Positions 1-6,679 of a stretch of 10,483 nucleotides of DNA are shown here, piece after piece. The notes under the pieces are model-generated. The model had not been told where the DNA came from, searched no databases, and saw nothing but the letters and a program-made list of their open reading frames with translations. Where the stretch lies: positions 1 to 10,483 of the forward strand of contig CAZCCK010000028.1 of assembly GCA_964497265.1 (NCBI GenBank), read 5' to 3'. The position numbers and the translations under genes were made by a program. Position 1 is the stretch's first letter. Each line of letters starts with the position of its first letter. The stretch comes from Candidatus Woesearchaeota archaeon (GTDB taxonomy: Archaea > Nanobdellota > Nanobdellia > SCGC-AAA011-G17 > GW2011-AR18).

Positions 1-59
1 AGGTCAGGGTGTTCGTGGAGTTTGCCGCCGAGCTGTACCAGTCGCGCGATTGGGACTAG
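1..59 (+). CDS. LysR-family transcriptional regulator, extreme 3' end only (gene continues upstream of the window)
   Basis: Frame starting at nt 3 reads VRVFVEFAAELYQSRDWD then TAG (57-59). It is 58/60 nt identical to 10341-10400, which is the tail of an ORF with a typical LysR C-terminal domain (GELVRVLPDY...LSPKVRVFVEF). Confidence 0.55.
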   Translation, partial: VRVFVEFAAELYQSRDWD

Positions 60-60
60 C
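1..60. repeat. Left copy of a direct repeat (partner 10341-10400); true left extent unknown because the window starts here
   Basis: Direct base-by-base comparison gives 58/60 identical. Mismatches are at 40 (a vs g, Gln vs Arg) and 56 (c vs t, synonymous). Similarity ends one nt after the stop codon. Confidence 0.9.
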
Positions 61-65
61 CCGAT

Positions 66-125
66 TGCATGTTTGGCAAAATCCTCACCTACTTCAGGGA
101 TATCACTCAGGTCGATCTCGTCACT
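66..125 (-). pseudogene. Possible 5' fragment of a BrnA/DUF4415-like antitoxin gene (no start codon, runs into the antisense of the LysR tail)
   Basis: The minus-strand frame reads SDEIDLSDIPEVGEDFAKHA. This resembles the N-terminal D-E-x-I-D-x-S-D-I-P-E motif I recall for DUF4415/BrnA proteins. No ATG/GTG/TTG lies upstream in frame and no C-terminal part follows. The match is from memory only. Confidence 0.3.
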
Positions 126-162
126 TGGCCGCTCTAATGGTCGCTCAGGACTCGTGCTCGAA

Positions 163-1179
163 TCAGAGGCCGAGCCGATACACCGAATTGGCTGTTTCAA
201 AAAATAGCGCATGCCGTTCGTCGTCGGAAAAATTGCGTGTGAGATGCTTGAAAGCGTTCCAGCAGTTCACGTAGCTGTAAGACCCTTTATCGACCGGGAA
301 GTTCGCTTCGAACATGGCCCGTCGCGGTCCGAAAGCTTCTATGCATGTCTCTATCCAAGGCTTCCAGGCTTGCGCCAGCACCGTGGCCGGGGGTGATGCT
401 GGCAGCTTGTCAAAGCCGAAGCCGTTGATGCGCATACCTAGGCCACCCAGCTTGATATACACGTTGGGGAGACGGCTGAGTGCCCTGATGTGCTTACGCC
501 AGGTGGCAAACACGTCGTCTTGCCTTTCGGCGTAGGTGCCTATGCGCACCACGCCACCGCAATGGTTGATGATGACGGGGATTTCAGGGTAGGTGCTGGC
601 CAAGTCCATCAGTTCTGGCAGTTGCGGGAAGAACAGCCAGGCATCATAGCTAAGACCGAACTTGGCGAGTTGGGCGTAGCCCTGCCGGTAGTGGTGATCG
701 AGCAGCAGTCCCGGTGGGGCTGCCGTCAGCGGATTGGCCAGCGAGCCGTCCGCATCCCAGGTGACCAGATGGCGTACGCCCTTCACCCGGCCTGCGCCCG
801 TTTCCACGTGAGCTTGCAGAACCCGTGCGACATCGCTGCCGAGCCGCAGGTTGGCGTGCGCGACCATCCCACGCGCAATCATCGTGTCACCGTTGGCATG
901 GCGCTCCGCCAGTTGGCGTACATATTCAGTCTCGCCCACTGGCTTCAGTGCCTCATCGCCGTTGCTACGATAGCGGGTCATTGCTTGCATGTAGACCGAC
1001 GCGATGATGCGATGTCCGCCGGCGATGTCCGCCAAATACTCCTGGTCGTGGTAAGTCCAGCCTGGCCGCTCGTAGAAGTGATGATGGGCGTCGATGATGG
1101 CCATTTCAGGCTCCTGCGCCTTTTCACTGCCGGCCGCCAGCCAATCGTCGCGGACTGGCAGATAGTTTGGGTTGCTCAT
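163..1179 (-). CDS. Amidohydrolase_2 (PF04909/COG3618-like) metal-dependent TIM-barrel hydrolase; lactonase or decarboxylase type
   Basis: 338 aa counted from the internal Met (MSNPNYLPV...). It has the N-terminal IIDAHHHFYE (HxH) motif, INHCGG, and a C-terminal FEANFPVDK Asp motif typical of the fuconolactonase/LigI clade. The ATG at 1179 is 2 nt after the MFS stop. The 116-aa N-terminal extension in the ORF track overlaps the MFS gene and is Arg/Gly/His-rich junk. Confidence 0.9.
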   Translation of the reverse strand: MSNPNYLPVRDDWLAAGSEKAQEPEMAIIDAHHHFYERPGWTYHDQEYLADIAGGHRIIASVYMQAMTRYRSNGDEALKPVGETEYVRQLAERHANGDTMIARGMVAHANLRLGSDVARVLQAHVETGAGRVKGVRHLVTWDADGSLANPLTAAPPGLLLDHHYRQGYAQLAKFGLSYDAWLFFPQLPELMDLASTYPEIPVIINHCGGVVRIGTYAERQDDVFATWRKHIRALSRLPNVYIKLGGLGMRINGFGFDKLPASPPATVLAQAWKPWIETCIEAFGPRRAMFEANFPVDKGSYSYVNCWNAFKHLTRNFSDDERHALFFETANSVYRLGL

Positions 1180-1181
1180 GA

Positions 1182-2498
1182 TTATTCGTCCCGGAGATAA
1201 TAACGCAGTGCGTAGGACAGCAAGGTCGCAATGGCGAGGCAGCCGGCCATGCCCACCATCCCGGCCTGGAAGGAACCGGTTGTTTCCTTCAGGTAGCCGA
1301 CCAGGTAAGGGCCAACGAACCCGCCCATGGCGCCGAAGGTATTGATGAAAGCGATGCCCCCGGCGGCTGCCTGTCCGCTCAGGAAGCGTGACGGGATGGT
1401 GTAGAAAATGGCGCGCGCTGCGTTGGTGCCGACCAGCGCCAGGGTGATACCGGCCATTGCAGGTAGCAACTGATCGAAGCAGATGGAGAAGATCAGGCCC
1501 AGCGCCGCCAGCAGGCAGGCTGCGCACAGATTGACAATGCGGCGTCCTGACCTATCCACCAGTTTGGCCCAGGCCAGCATACCCAGCGCGACGAAGAAAT
1601 AGGGGATCGCCGACACCCATCCGGTCGCTACGTTGCTCAGCCCGTGCCCCTTGAGGATTTGCGGTAGCCAGATGCCGATGCCATACGACCCGACCGTAAA
1701 ACAAAAAGTGATCAAGCTGAGGATGTAGATGCGCGCATCTTTTAGCGCCGGCAGGAACGAGCGGCTCGCCTTGGACGTGGTGGCGCTGGCAGTCATCGTT
1801 TCCAGTGCCGTACGTTCGTCCGGCGTCAGCCAGCGTGCGTTGGCCGGTTTGTCGGCCAGGATTTTCAACGTCACCACACCGAGGACACATGCCGGCAAGC
1901 CTTCGATGATGAACATCCATTGCCAGCCCTGCATGCCCAGCACGCCGTGCATCTGCAACAGCCATACGGAAACCGGCCCTCCGATCAGGGACGACAGAGG
2001 AATCGCCAGCGTGAACCAGGTGAGCACCCGGGTACGATACTGCGCGGGAAACCACACCGAAAGATAATAAATCACGCCGGGAAAGAACCCCGCTTCTGCG
2101 ATGCCGAGGATGGCACGGATGACGTAAAAGCTGTCCGGACCGGTAGCCAGCGCGGTGGCTGCCGCCGCGAGGCCCCAAGTGATCATGATACGGGCCATCC
2201 AACGGCGCGCGCCATAGCGATACATGGCGAGATTGCTGGGGACTTCAAATAAGCAGTAACCAAAAAACATGATCCCCGCTCCCCAGCCAAATTGTGAGGC
2301 AGACAATCCCAGGGCCTGGTTCATGGTCAGCGCAGCGAAGCCGACACTGGTGCGGTCCAGATAGTTAAAAAAATAAGCGAGCGCCAGTAGCGGGATCAGT
2401 CGCCAGGCAGCTTTGCGCAGGGCACTCTGCTGCACCGCGGTCAGTTCGGCCGGCACCGGTGCCGGACGGATCATGGTGGAATTGGCGATAGTAGCCAT
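1182..2498 (-). CDS. MFS transporter, anion:cation symporter (ACS) family (tartrate/phthalate/sugar-acid permease-like)
   Basis: 438 aa with about 12 hydrophobic segments. It has the ACS-type YLDRTSVGFAA motif after TM1 and the GWQWMFIIEGLP motif. Start chosen at MATIANST because a GAGGAGA SD lies 6 nt upstream. An alternative ATG at 2555 overlaps the CoA-transferase stop (ATGA). Confidence 0.9.
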   Translation of the reverse strand: MATIANSTMIRPAPVPAELTAVQQSALRKAAWRLIPLLALAYFFNYLDRTSVGFAALTMNQALGLSASQFGWGAGIMFFGYCLFEVPSNLAMYRYGARRWMARIMITWGLAAAATALATGPDSFYVIRAILGIAEAGFFPGVIYYLSVWFPAQYRTRVLTWFTLAIPLSSLIGGPVSVWLLQMHGVLGMQGWQWMFIIEGLPACVLGVVTLKILADKPANARWLTPDERTALETMTASATTSKASRSFLPALKDARIYILSLITFCFTVGSYGIGIWLPQILKGHGLSNVATGWVSAIPYFFVALGMLAWAKLVDRSGRRIVNLCAACLLAALGLIFSICFDQLLPAMAGITLALVGTNAARAIFYTIPSRFLSGQAAAGGIAFINTFGAMGGFVGPYLVGYLKETTGSFQAGMVGMAGCLAIATLLSYALRYYLRDE

Positions 2499-2551
2499 GG
2501 TTGTCTCCTCTGTTGCTAATTGTGGTGCATTTCGTACGACGCGCCACTTTT

Positions 2552-3757
2552 TCATGCTGATTTGTCGCCTTGAACAATCACGCCGGCGTCCCGCATCGCC
2601 GCCACGTCGCTCGCCGTATAGCCGAGCTCCGCCAACAACGCCCCGGAATGACTACCGGGCAGGGGAACTTCGAGGCGCGTGCCGAAGCGACGCCCGCCCA
2701 TTTCAAACGGCAGCATGGGAACTTGCACGGAGCGGCCATCCGGCAAAGTCAAGTTGGCCAATCCTCCGGAGGTTTGCAGGTGCTCGTCTTCAAACAGGTC
2801 TTGTGGGCGTTGTATAGGCGCGAACGGCAGGCCGGCCCGTTCGCAGCGTGCCATGAGTGCCGCTTTGCTCATTTGGCCGAAGCATTCGCGCACCAAGGGT
2901 AGGATGCGATCGCGCGCCTGCACGCGCTGATTGTTGAGGGCGAGCGCAGCGTCCCTGCCCAGCTCATCGAAACCGAACGCATCGCAAAATACCTTCCATT
3001 GCGAATCGCTCACGACGCCGACAAACACCTGCTCGCCATCGGCAGAGGTGAACACGTCATAAATGGCCCAGGCGGAAATCCGGCTTGGCATGGGGGCCGC
3101 AGGTTTGCCGGTGACGGCATATTGCATCATGTGTTGCGCGACCAGGAAGGCGGAATTCTCATACAGACCGGACTGGACGAACTGCCCCTGCCCGGTCTGC
3201 TTGCGTTCATAGAGCGCGGCCAGGATGGCGACTGCACCGAACATACCGCCCATGACGTCGTTGACTGAGGCGCCCGCGCGCAGCGGCCTGCCCTCGGGGC
3301 CCGTCATATAAGCGAGGCCGGTCATCATCTGCACTACCTCGTCGAGCGCCGTGCGCTGATCATATGGACCAGGCAGAAAACCCTTCATCGAACAGTAGAT
3401 CACGGCGGGGGCAAGTGTTTTTACCGCGTCGTAGCCCAGGCCCAACTTGTCCATGGCGCCAGGACGGAAGTTCTCGGTCACCACATCGGCGGTAGCGACC
3501 AGTTTTCGGACCGCCTCCATGCCGGCCTCCGATTTGAGGTCCACCGCAAAGCTCTTCTTATTGCGGTTGTAGGTCATCCAGTAGCCGGCGCCCGACCCGC
3601 CCAAGCGGCGGGTGTTGTCGCCGGCGGGGGCCGGTTCAACCTTGATCACCTCGGCCCCCATGTCCGCCAGCAGCAGGCCACAGGTGGGCCCCATGACCAT
3701 ATGGACGAATTCCACCACACGCACGCCCGCAAGCGGCAAGGAATTTGCGTTGTTCAT
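2552..3757 (-). CDS. Family III CoA-transferase (CaiB/BaiF family)
   Basis: 401 aa. The N-terminus LAGVRVVEFVHMVMGPTCGLLLADMGAEVIKVEP is the classic CoA_transf_3 Rossmann start. The NDVMGGMFGAVAILAAL segment contains the expected catalytic Asp. AGGAGAGG SD. The start overlaps the upstream lyase stop as ATGA (3754-3757). Confidence 0.93.
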   Translation of the reverse strand: MNNANSLPLAGVRVVEFVHMVMGPTCGLLLADMGAEVIKVEPAPAGDNTRRLGGSGAGYWMTYNRNKKSFAVDLKSEAGMEAVRKLVATADVVTENFRPGAMDKLGLGYDAVKTLAPAVIYCSMKGFLPGPYDQRTALDEVVQMMTGLAYMTGPEGRPLRAGASVNDVMGGMFGAVAILAALYERKQTGQGQFVQSGLYENSAFLVAQHMMQYAVTGKPAAPMPSRISAWAIYDVFTSADGEQVFVGVVSDSQWKVFCDAFGFDELGRDAALALNNQRVQARDRILPLVRECFGQMSKAALMARCERAGLPFAPIQRPQDLFEDEHLQTSGGLANLTLPDGRSVQVPMLPFEMGGRRFGTRLEVPLPGSHSGALLAELGYTASDVAAMRDAGVIVQGDKSA

Positions 3758-4701
3758 CGTGTCCTCTCCTGTGCATAGCGGAACGCTTTGTGCAAACCAG
3801 CGTCGGGCGCGAAGCCGTAGAGCGGTTCGCCCGGCAAGCTATCGGCCAGGATTTGGCGCGCGGCGATCAGCTTTTCCAGGTCCACGCCGGTACGCAGGCC
3901 CATGGACTCGAGCAGAAACACCAGGTCTTCCGTCACGATATTGCCTGTGGCGCCGGGTGCATAGGGGCAGCCGCCAATCCCGCCTTGGGATGAGTCAAAG
4001 GTACGCACGTCCACTTCGAGCGCAGCGACCACGTTTGCGAGTCCTTGGCCGTAGGTGTTGTGCAGGTGCGCACCGCCGGTCTTGCCAGCGCCGATTTCGG
4101 CACGCAAACGTGGGAAGAGTCGGCGGATCTGCATCGGGTTGGCCATGCCAGCGGTATCGGCCAAGCCTACTTCGTCGACACCGCATTCTGCCATGATCAC
4201 TGCCAGCCGGATCACGTCGTCTTCCGGCACCACACCCTGAATGCTGCAGCCGAATACGGTCGACAGGCCCGCTTCGATTTTCACGCCTTGAAACTGGCTA
4301 TTCCGTAACGCGACGACGGCCCGTATTTCTTCGATCATTTGGGCGTGGCTCTTGCGCACATTGGCCAGGGAATGCGGCTCGCTGACCGATACCGGCAAAG
4401 TGACTTTGTCTACGCCTGCGGCAAATGCCGCTTGGGCGCCGCGCAGGTTGGGACTGAGCGCGGTGACGTAAAGGCCTGGCAGCGTCAGCGCGAATTTCAC
4501 TACTTCGGCGACATCCGCCATTTGCGGCAACAATGCCGCAGGTACAAACGAACCCACCTCGATCTCGCGCAGCCCCGACGCTGCAAGTGCCGCGACCCAC
4601 TGAATTTTGCGTGCAGTCGGCATGATGGCCGACACGCTTTGCAAGCCATCGCGCGGCCCAACCTCACTCACGAGGACATCAATTGCTGTTGTATCACCCA
4701 T
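3754..4701 (-). CDS. HMG-CoA-lyase-like DRE-TIM metallolyase (hydroxyacyl-CoA lyase, substrate uncertain)
   Basis: 315 aa. Motifs: EVGPRDGLQ, HLHNTYGQGLAN, GGIGGCPYAPGATGNIVTEDLV. A strong GGAGG SD lies 4 nt before the ATG. Confidence 0.93.
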   Translation of the reverse strand: MGDTTAIDVLVSEVGPRDGLQSVSAIMPTARKIQWVAALAASGLREIEVGSFVPAALLPQMADVAEVVKFALTLPGLYVTALSPNLRGAQAAFAAGVDKVTLPVSVSEPHSLANVRKSHAQMIEEIRAVVALRNSQFQGVKIEAGLSTVFGCSIQGVVPEDDVIRLAVIMAECGVDEVGLADTAGMANPMQIRRLFPRLRAEIGAGKTGGAHLHNTYGQGLANVVAALEVDVRTFDSSQGGIGGCPYAPGATGNIVTEDLVFLLESMGLRTGVDLEKLIAARQILADSLPGEPLYGFAPDAGLHKAFRYAQERTR

Positions 4702-4715
4702 GTCACCTCCGTTTA

Positions 4716-4741
4716 ATTCTATTAGATAGAACGCTGTTCTA
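4716..4741 (-). promoter_or_regulatory. Putative IclR operator A, in the 5' leader of the lyase operon
   Basis: The minus strand reads TAGAAC-agc-GTTCTA-tctaa-TAGAAT, then taaac-GGAGG-tgac-ATG. It has a perfect 6-3-6 palindrome (4727-4741) plus a third half-site. The same layout occurs at 5781-5806 and, degenerate, at 5695-5711. Confidence 0.6.
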
Positions 4742-4752
4742 AAACATGATTT

Positions 4753-4781
4753 ACTTTAGACGCCAGCCATCCCGGTGTCAA
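4753..4781 (-). promoter_or_regulatory. Sigma70-type promoter of the lyase/CoA-transferase/MFS/amidohydrolase operon
   Basis: On the minus strand: TTGACA (4781-4776), 17-nt spacer, TAAAGT (4758-4753). The operator palindrome begins 11 nt downstream of the -10 box. Confidence 0.55.
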
Positions 4782-4905
4782 GACATTCCGGTGAAGCGGG
4801 CGCGCGAAAACGCCGCATGCGGCCCGGGCGGGAAGCCGGACGCACGCGATGTGAGGACAAGCAGGAGAGAGAGAGCGAACCTAGAGCAAGGTCACGCCGG
4901 CAGGA

Positions 4906-5682
4906 TCAGTCGAAGTAATGCACGGGACCGCCGAGGCCCCGGGTAATGGCGATGGCGGCCTGTTTGACATCCGCTTCATAGCTCTGCTGGAAGCGTGCCA
5001 CCGGCATGGTGAGCGTGAGCGCACCCACCAGCTTTTCCAGGGCATCAAACACGGGCGCGGAAACGCCTGCAACGCCTTCCAGGCGGTCACCAGGGAGCGA
5101 TATCACCTTGTTGGCGCGGATCGCGTCATACATGGGACCGGCTTCTCCGCTGAAGGCCAGGATAACCCTGCCGCCCGTGCCACTGTCCAGCGGCAACAGG
5201 TCGCCGGCCCGGATGTGATCGCGGATGGGCTGTGGGGAATCAATACGAAACAGGCATACGCGCTGTTCGCCCTGGCGGACATGCAGTGAAGCGCTTTCCC
5301 GGGTTTTTTCGACCAGCTCCCGCATGATCGGAAGCACCACCGTATCGAGCGAGAACGACGCGGAGTAGACGCCATACAGACGGGCGATTTCCGGTCCGAT
5401 TGCATAGCGTCCGTCGGCAGTGTGCCGTATCAATCGCGTATGTTCAAGGGACGCCAGCAAGCGCAGCACGGTGCTTTTATACAACATCGTCCGTTCCGAA
5501 ATTTCGGCCAGGCTTAGTGTCGGTTGCGTCGTCGTAAAGGCGCCGAGGATAGAGAGCGCGCGGTCAACGGCCGCTGCGCCGCCGGGTGCCGCGTTGGCGT
5601 CCGCGACCGATTGGTGGATGGCTTTTTTGGGCATGGGGAGACTTTGGATTATAGACCTGGCCATGATACACGGCGTTGGCAT
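4906..5682 (-). CDS. IclR-family transcriptional regulator
   Basis: HTH region AVDRALSILGAF..LSLAEISERTMLYKSTVLRLLASLEHTRLIRH..DGRYAIGP, followed by an IclR effector domain. Start set at MPTPCIM (5682, 258 aa) because GGAGG and an operator-like site precede it in the same layout as the two operons. Alternative starts are at 5664 and 5634 (242 aa). The 329-aa ORF-track version is over-extended across the intergenic region. Confidence 0.85.
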   Translation of the reverse strand: MPTPCIMARSIIQSLPMPKKAIHQSVADANAAPGGAAAVDRALSILGAFTTTQPTLSLAEISERTMLYKSTVLRLLASLEHTRLIRHTADGRYAIGPEIARLYGVYSASFSLDTVVLPIMRELVEKTRESASLHVRQGEQRVCLFRIDSPQPIRDHIRAGDLLPLDSGTGGRVILAFSGEAGPMYDAIRANKVISLPGDRLEGVAGVSAPVFDALEKLVGALTLTMPVARFQQSYEADVKQAAIAITRGLGGPVHYFD

Positions 5683-5694
5683 TCCCCTCCAGAG

Positions 5695-5711
5695 GTTCTG
5701 TCTTTTAGAAT
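5695..5711 (-). promoter_or_regulatory. Putative IclR operator C (autoregulatory site upstream of iclR)
   Basis: The minus strand reads ATTCTA-aaaga-CAGAAC, then ctct-GGAGG-gga-ATG(5682). This matches the GTTCTN-N5-NAGAAY part of sites A and B. The leftmost half-site is degenerate. Confidence 0.4.
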
Positions 5712-5737
5712 TGTCTTCCGTCCTACAAAAAATCAGA

Positions 5738-5766
5738 TTGACTTTAAAAAAACGCACGGCGATAAT
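5738..5766 (+). promoter_or_regulatory. Sigma70-type promoter of the ABC/porin/Cache operon
   Basis: TTGACT (5738-5743), 17-nt spacer, GATAAT (5761-5766), in an AT-rich intergenic region. The operator palindrome begins 14 nt downstream of the -10 box. Confidence 0.6.
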
Positions 5767-5780
5767 CCATTCAACAAAAA

Positions 5781-5806
5781 CAGAACCATGTTCTGAAAGA
5801 TAGAAC
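5781..5806 (+). promoter_or_regulatory. Putative IclR operator B, in the 5' leader of the ABC transporter operon
   Basis: CAGAAC-cat-GTTCTG-aaaga-TAGAAC, then ataccacac-AAGGAGA-cctgc-ATG. It has a perfect 6-3-6 palindrome plus a third half-site, the same spacing as site A. Confidence 0.6.
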
Positions 5807-5827
5807 ATACCACACAAGGAGACCTGC

Positions 5828-6679
5828 ATGAAAATGCAATTAGCACCCACCGCTGTTGAACTAAGCGGTGTGGCCGTGAAGTTCGGCAGCTTCACCGCAG
5901 TTCAAAACGTCAATTTGACCGTTGCCGACGGCGAGTTTGTCGCAGTCGTCGGCCCCACCGGCTGTGGCAAATCCACCATCCTCAATCTGGTCACCGGCCT
6001 GCTGCCAGCTGCGGAAGGCAAAGTCCACGTGTTTGGCAAACATTTGACTGGCCTGAACGGCGACTCGGGATATATGTTGCAGCAAGAGGCCTTGCTGCCT
6101 TGGAAGACGGCACTCGACAACATTGGTCTAGGCCTGGTGTTCCAAGGTATGCCGGTTGAAGAGGCGCGCCAGCGCGCGCGACCATGGATGGCCAAGGTCG
6201 GCCTGAAAGGTTTCGAGGATCGCTACATCCACCAGATGTCCGGCGGCCAGCGTAAGCGCGTGGCGATGGCGCAGACCCTGATCATGTCGCCCCGTATCGT
6301 GCTGATGGACGAACCATTTTCCGCGCTGGATGTGCACACGCGGCGCCTGATGCATCGCATTCTGCTCGATCTGTGGCAAGCGGACAAACGCTCCCTTATT
6401 TTCATCACGCACGATCTGGAGGAGGCCATCGCATTGGCCGACCGCGTGGTGATTATGTCGGCCGGTCCGGCCGCCCGCATTGTGGGTGAGGTCGCCATCA
6501 CACTTCCGCGGCCTCGCGACGTCAGCGCGCTGGCCACCACCGACGAATTCCTGCGCCTGTACCGGGAGTTGTGGAGTCTGCTGGGCAAGGAAGTCGAAAA
6601 GAGTTATCAGCATCAGGAGGTGGGCATCGCCGCCGTCGCCACGCAAACCGAGGAGAACGAATATGAAACGCAAGCATAA
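5828..6679 (+). CDS. ABC transporter ATP-binding protein, NitT/TauT (SsuB/TauB-like) family
   Basis: 283 aa. Walker A GPTGCGKS, Q-loop MLQQEALLPW, signature MSGGQRKR, Walker B IVLMDEPFSALD, H-loop ITHD. AAGGAGA SD 5 nt upstream. Confidence 0.95.
   Translation: MKMQLAPTAVELSGVAVKFGSFTAVQNVNLTVADGEFVAVVGPTGCGKSTILNLVTGLLPAAEGKVHVFGKHLTGLNGDSGYMLQQEALLPWKTALDNIGLGLVFQGMPVEEARQRARPWMAKVGLKGFEDRYIHQMSGGQRKRVAMAQTLIMSPRIVLMDEPFSALDVHTRRLMHRILLDLWQADKRSLIFITHDLEEAIALADRVVIMSAGPAARIVGEVAITLPRPRDVSALATTDEFLRLYRELWSLLGKEVEKSYQHQEVGIAAVATQTEENEYETQA

Noticed and set aside
490-1200. 236-aa plus-strand ORF antisense to the amidohydrolase gene. Similar long antisense ORFs occur at 1552-2202, 1729-2067, 2570-2902, 3612-4196, 6128-6787, 6522-7451, 7195-7498, 9004-9918 and 10073-10483.
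   Set aside because: All lie opposite genes with clear family signatures. They are Arg/Gly/His/Pro-rich, have no recognisable motifs or SD sequences, and are the open shadow frames expected in high-GC coding DNA.
1180-1527. N-terminal extensions of ORF-track entries: amidohydrolase to 1527, IclR to 5895, permease from 6480, SBP from 7451, Cache protein from 9557.
   Set aside because: The extensions overlap neighbouring genes or cross promoter regions, have junk composition, and internal Met codons with good SD sequences give family-typical N-termini.
4805-4823. Palindrome GCCGCATGCGGC followed on the minus strand by GTTTTCG, downstream of iclR; a possible rho-independent terminator.
   Set aside because: The stem is only 4-5 bp with a minimal loop and the T-tract is only 4 nt, which is too weak to call. 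iclR may read through into the lyase operon or terminate by another mechanism.
4865-4875. (GA)5 microsatellite just downstream of the iclR stop.
   Set aside because: It is only 11 nt, in a non-coding spacer, with no evidence of phase-variable function.
5648-5653. Perfect TATAAT on the minus strand inside the 5' end of iclR, which would favour the 5634 start.
   Set aside because: There is no acceptable -35 at 16-18 nt (ACGCCG) and the 5634 ATG has no SD. The operator-plus-GGAGG layout upstream of 5682 fits the pattern of the other two units better. The start remains uncertain.
5683-5737. Attempt to place a sigma70 promoter for iclR on the minus strand (candidates TTTAAA/TGTAGG or TTAAAG/TAGGAC overlapping the ABC -35 box).
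   Set aside because: Matches to consensus are 3/6 or worse at the -10 box. Divergent overlapping promoters are plausible but not supportable from sequence alone.
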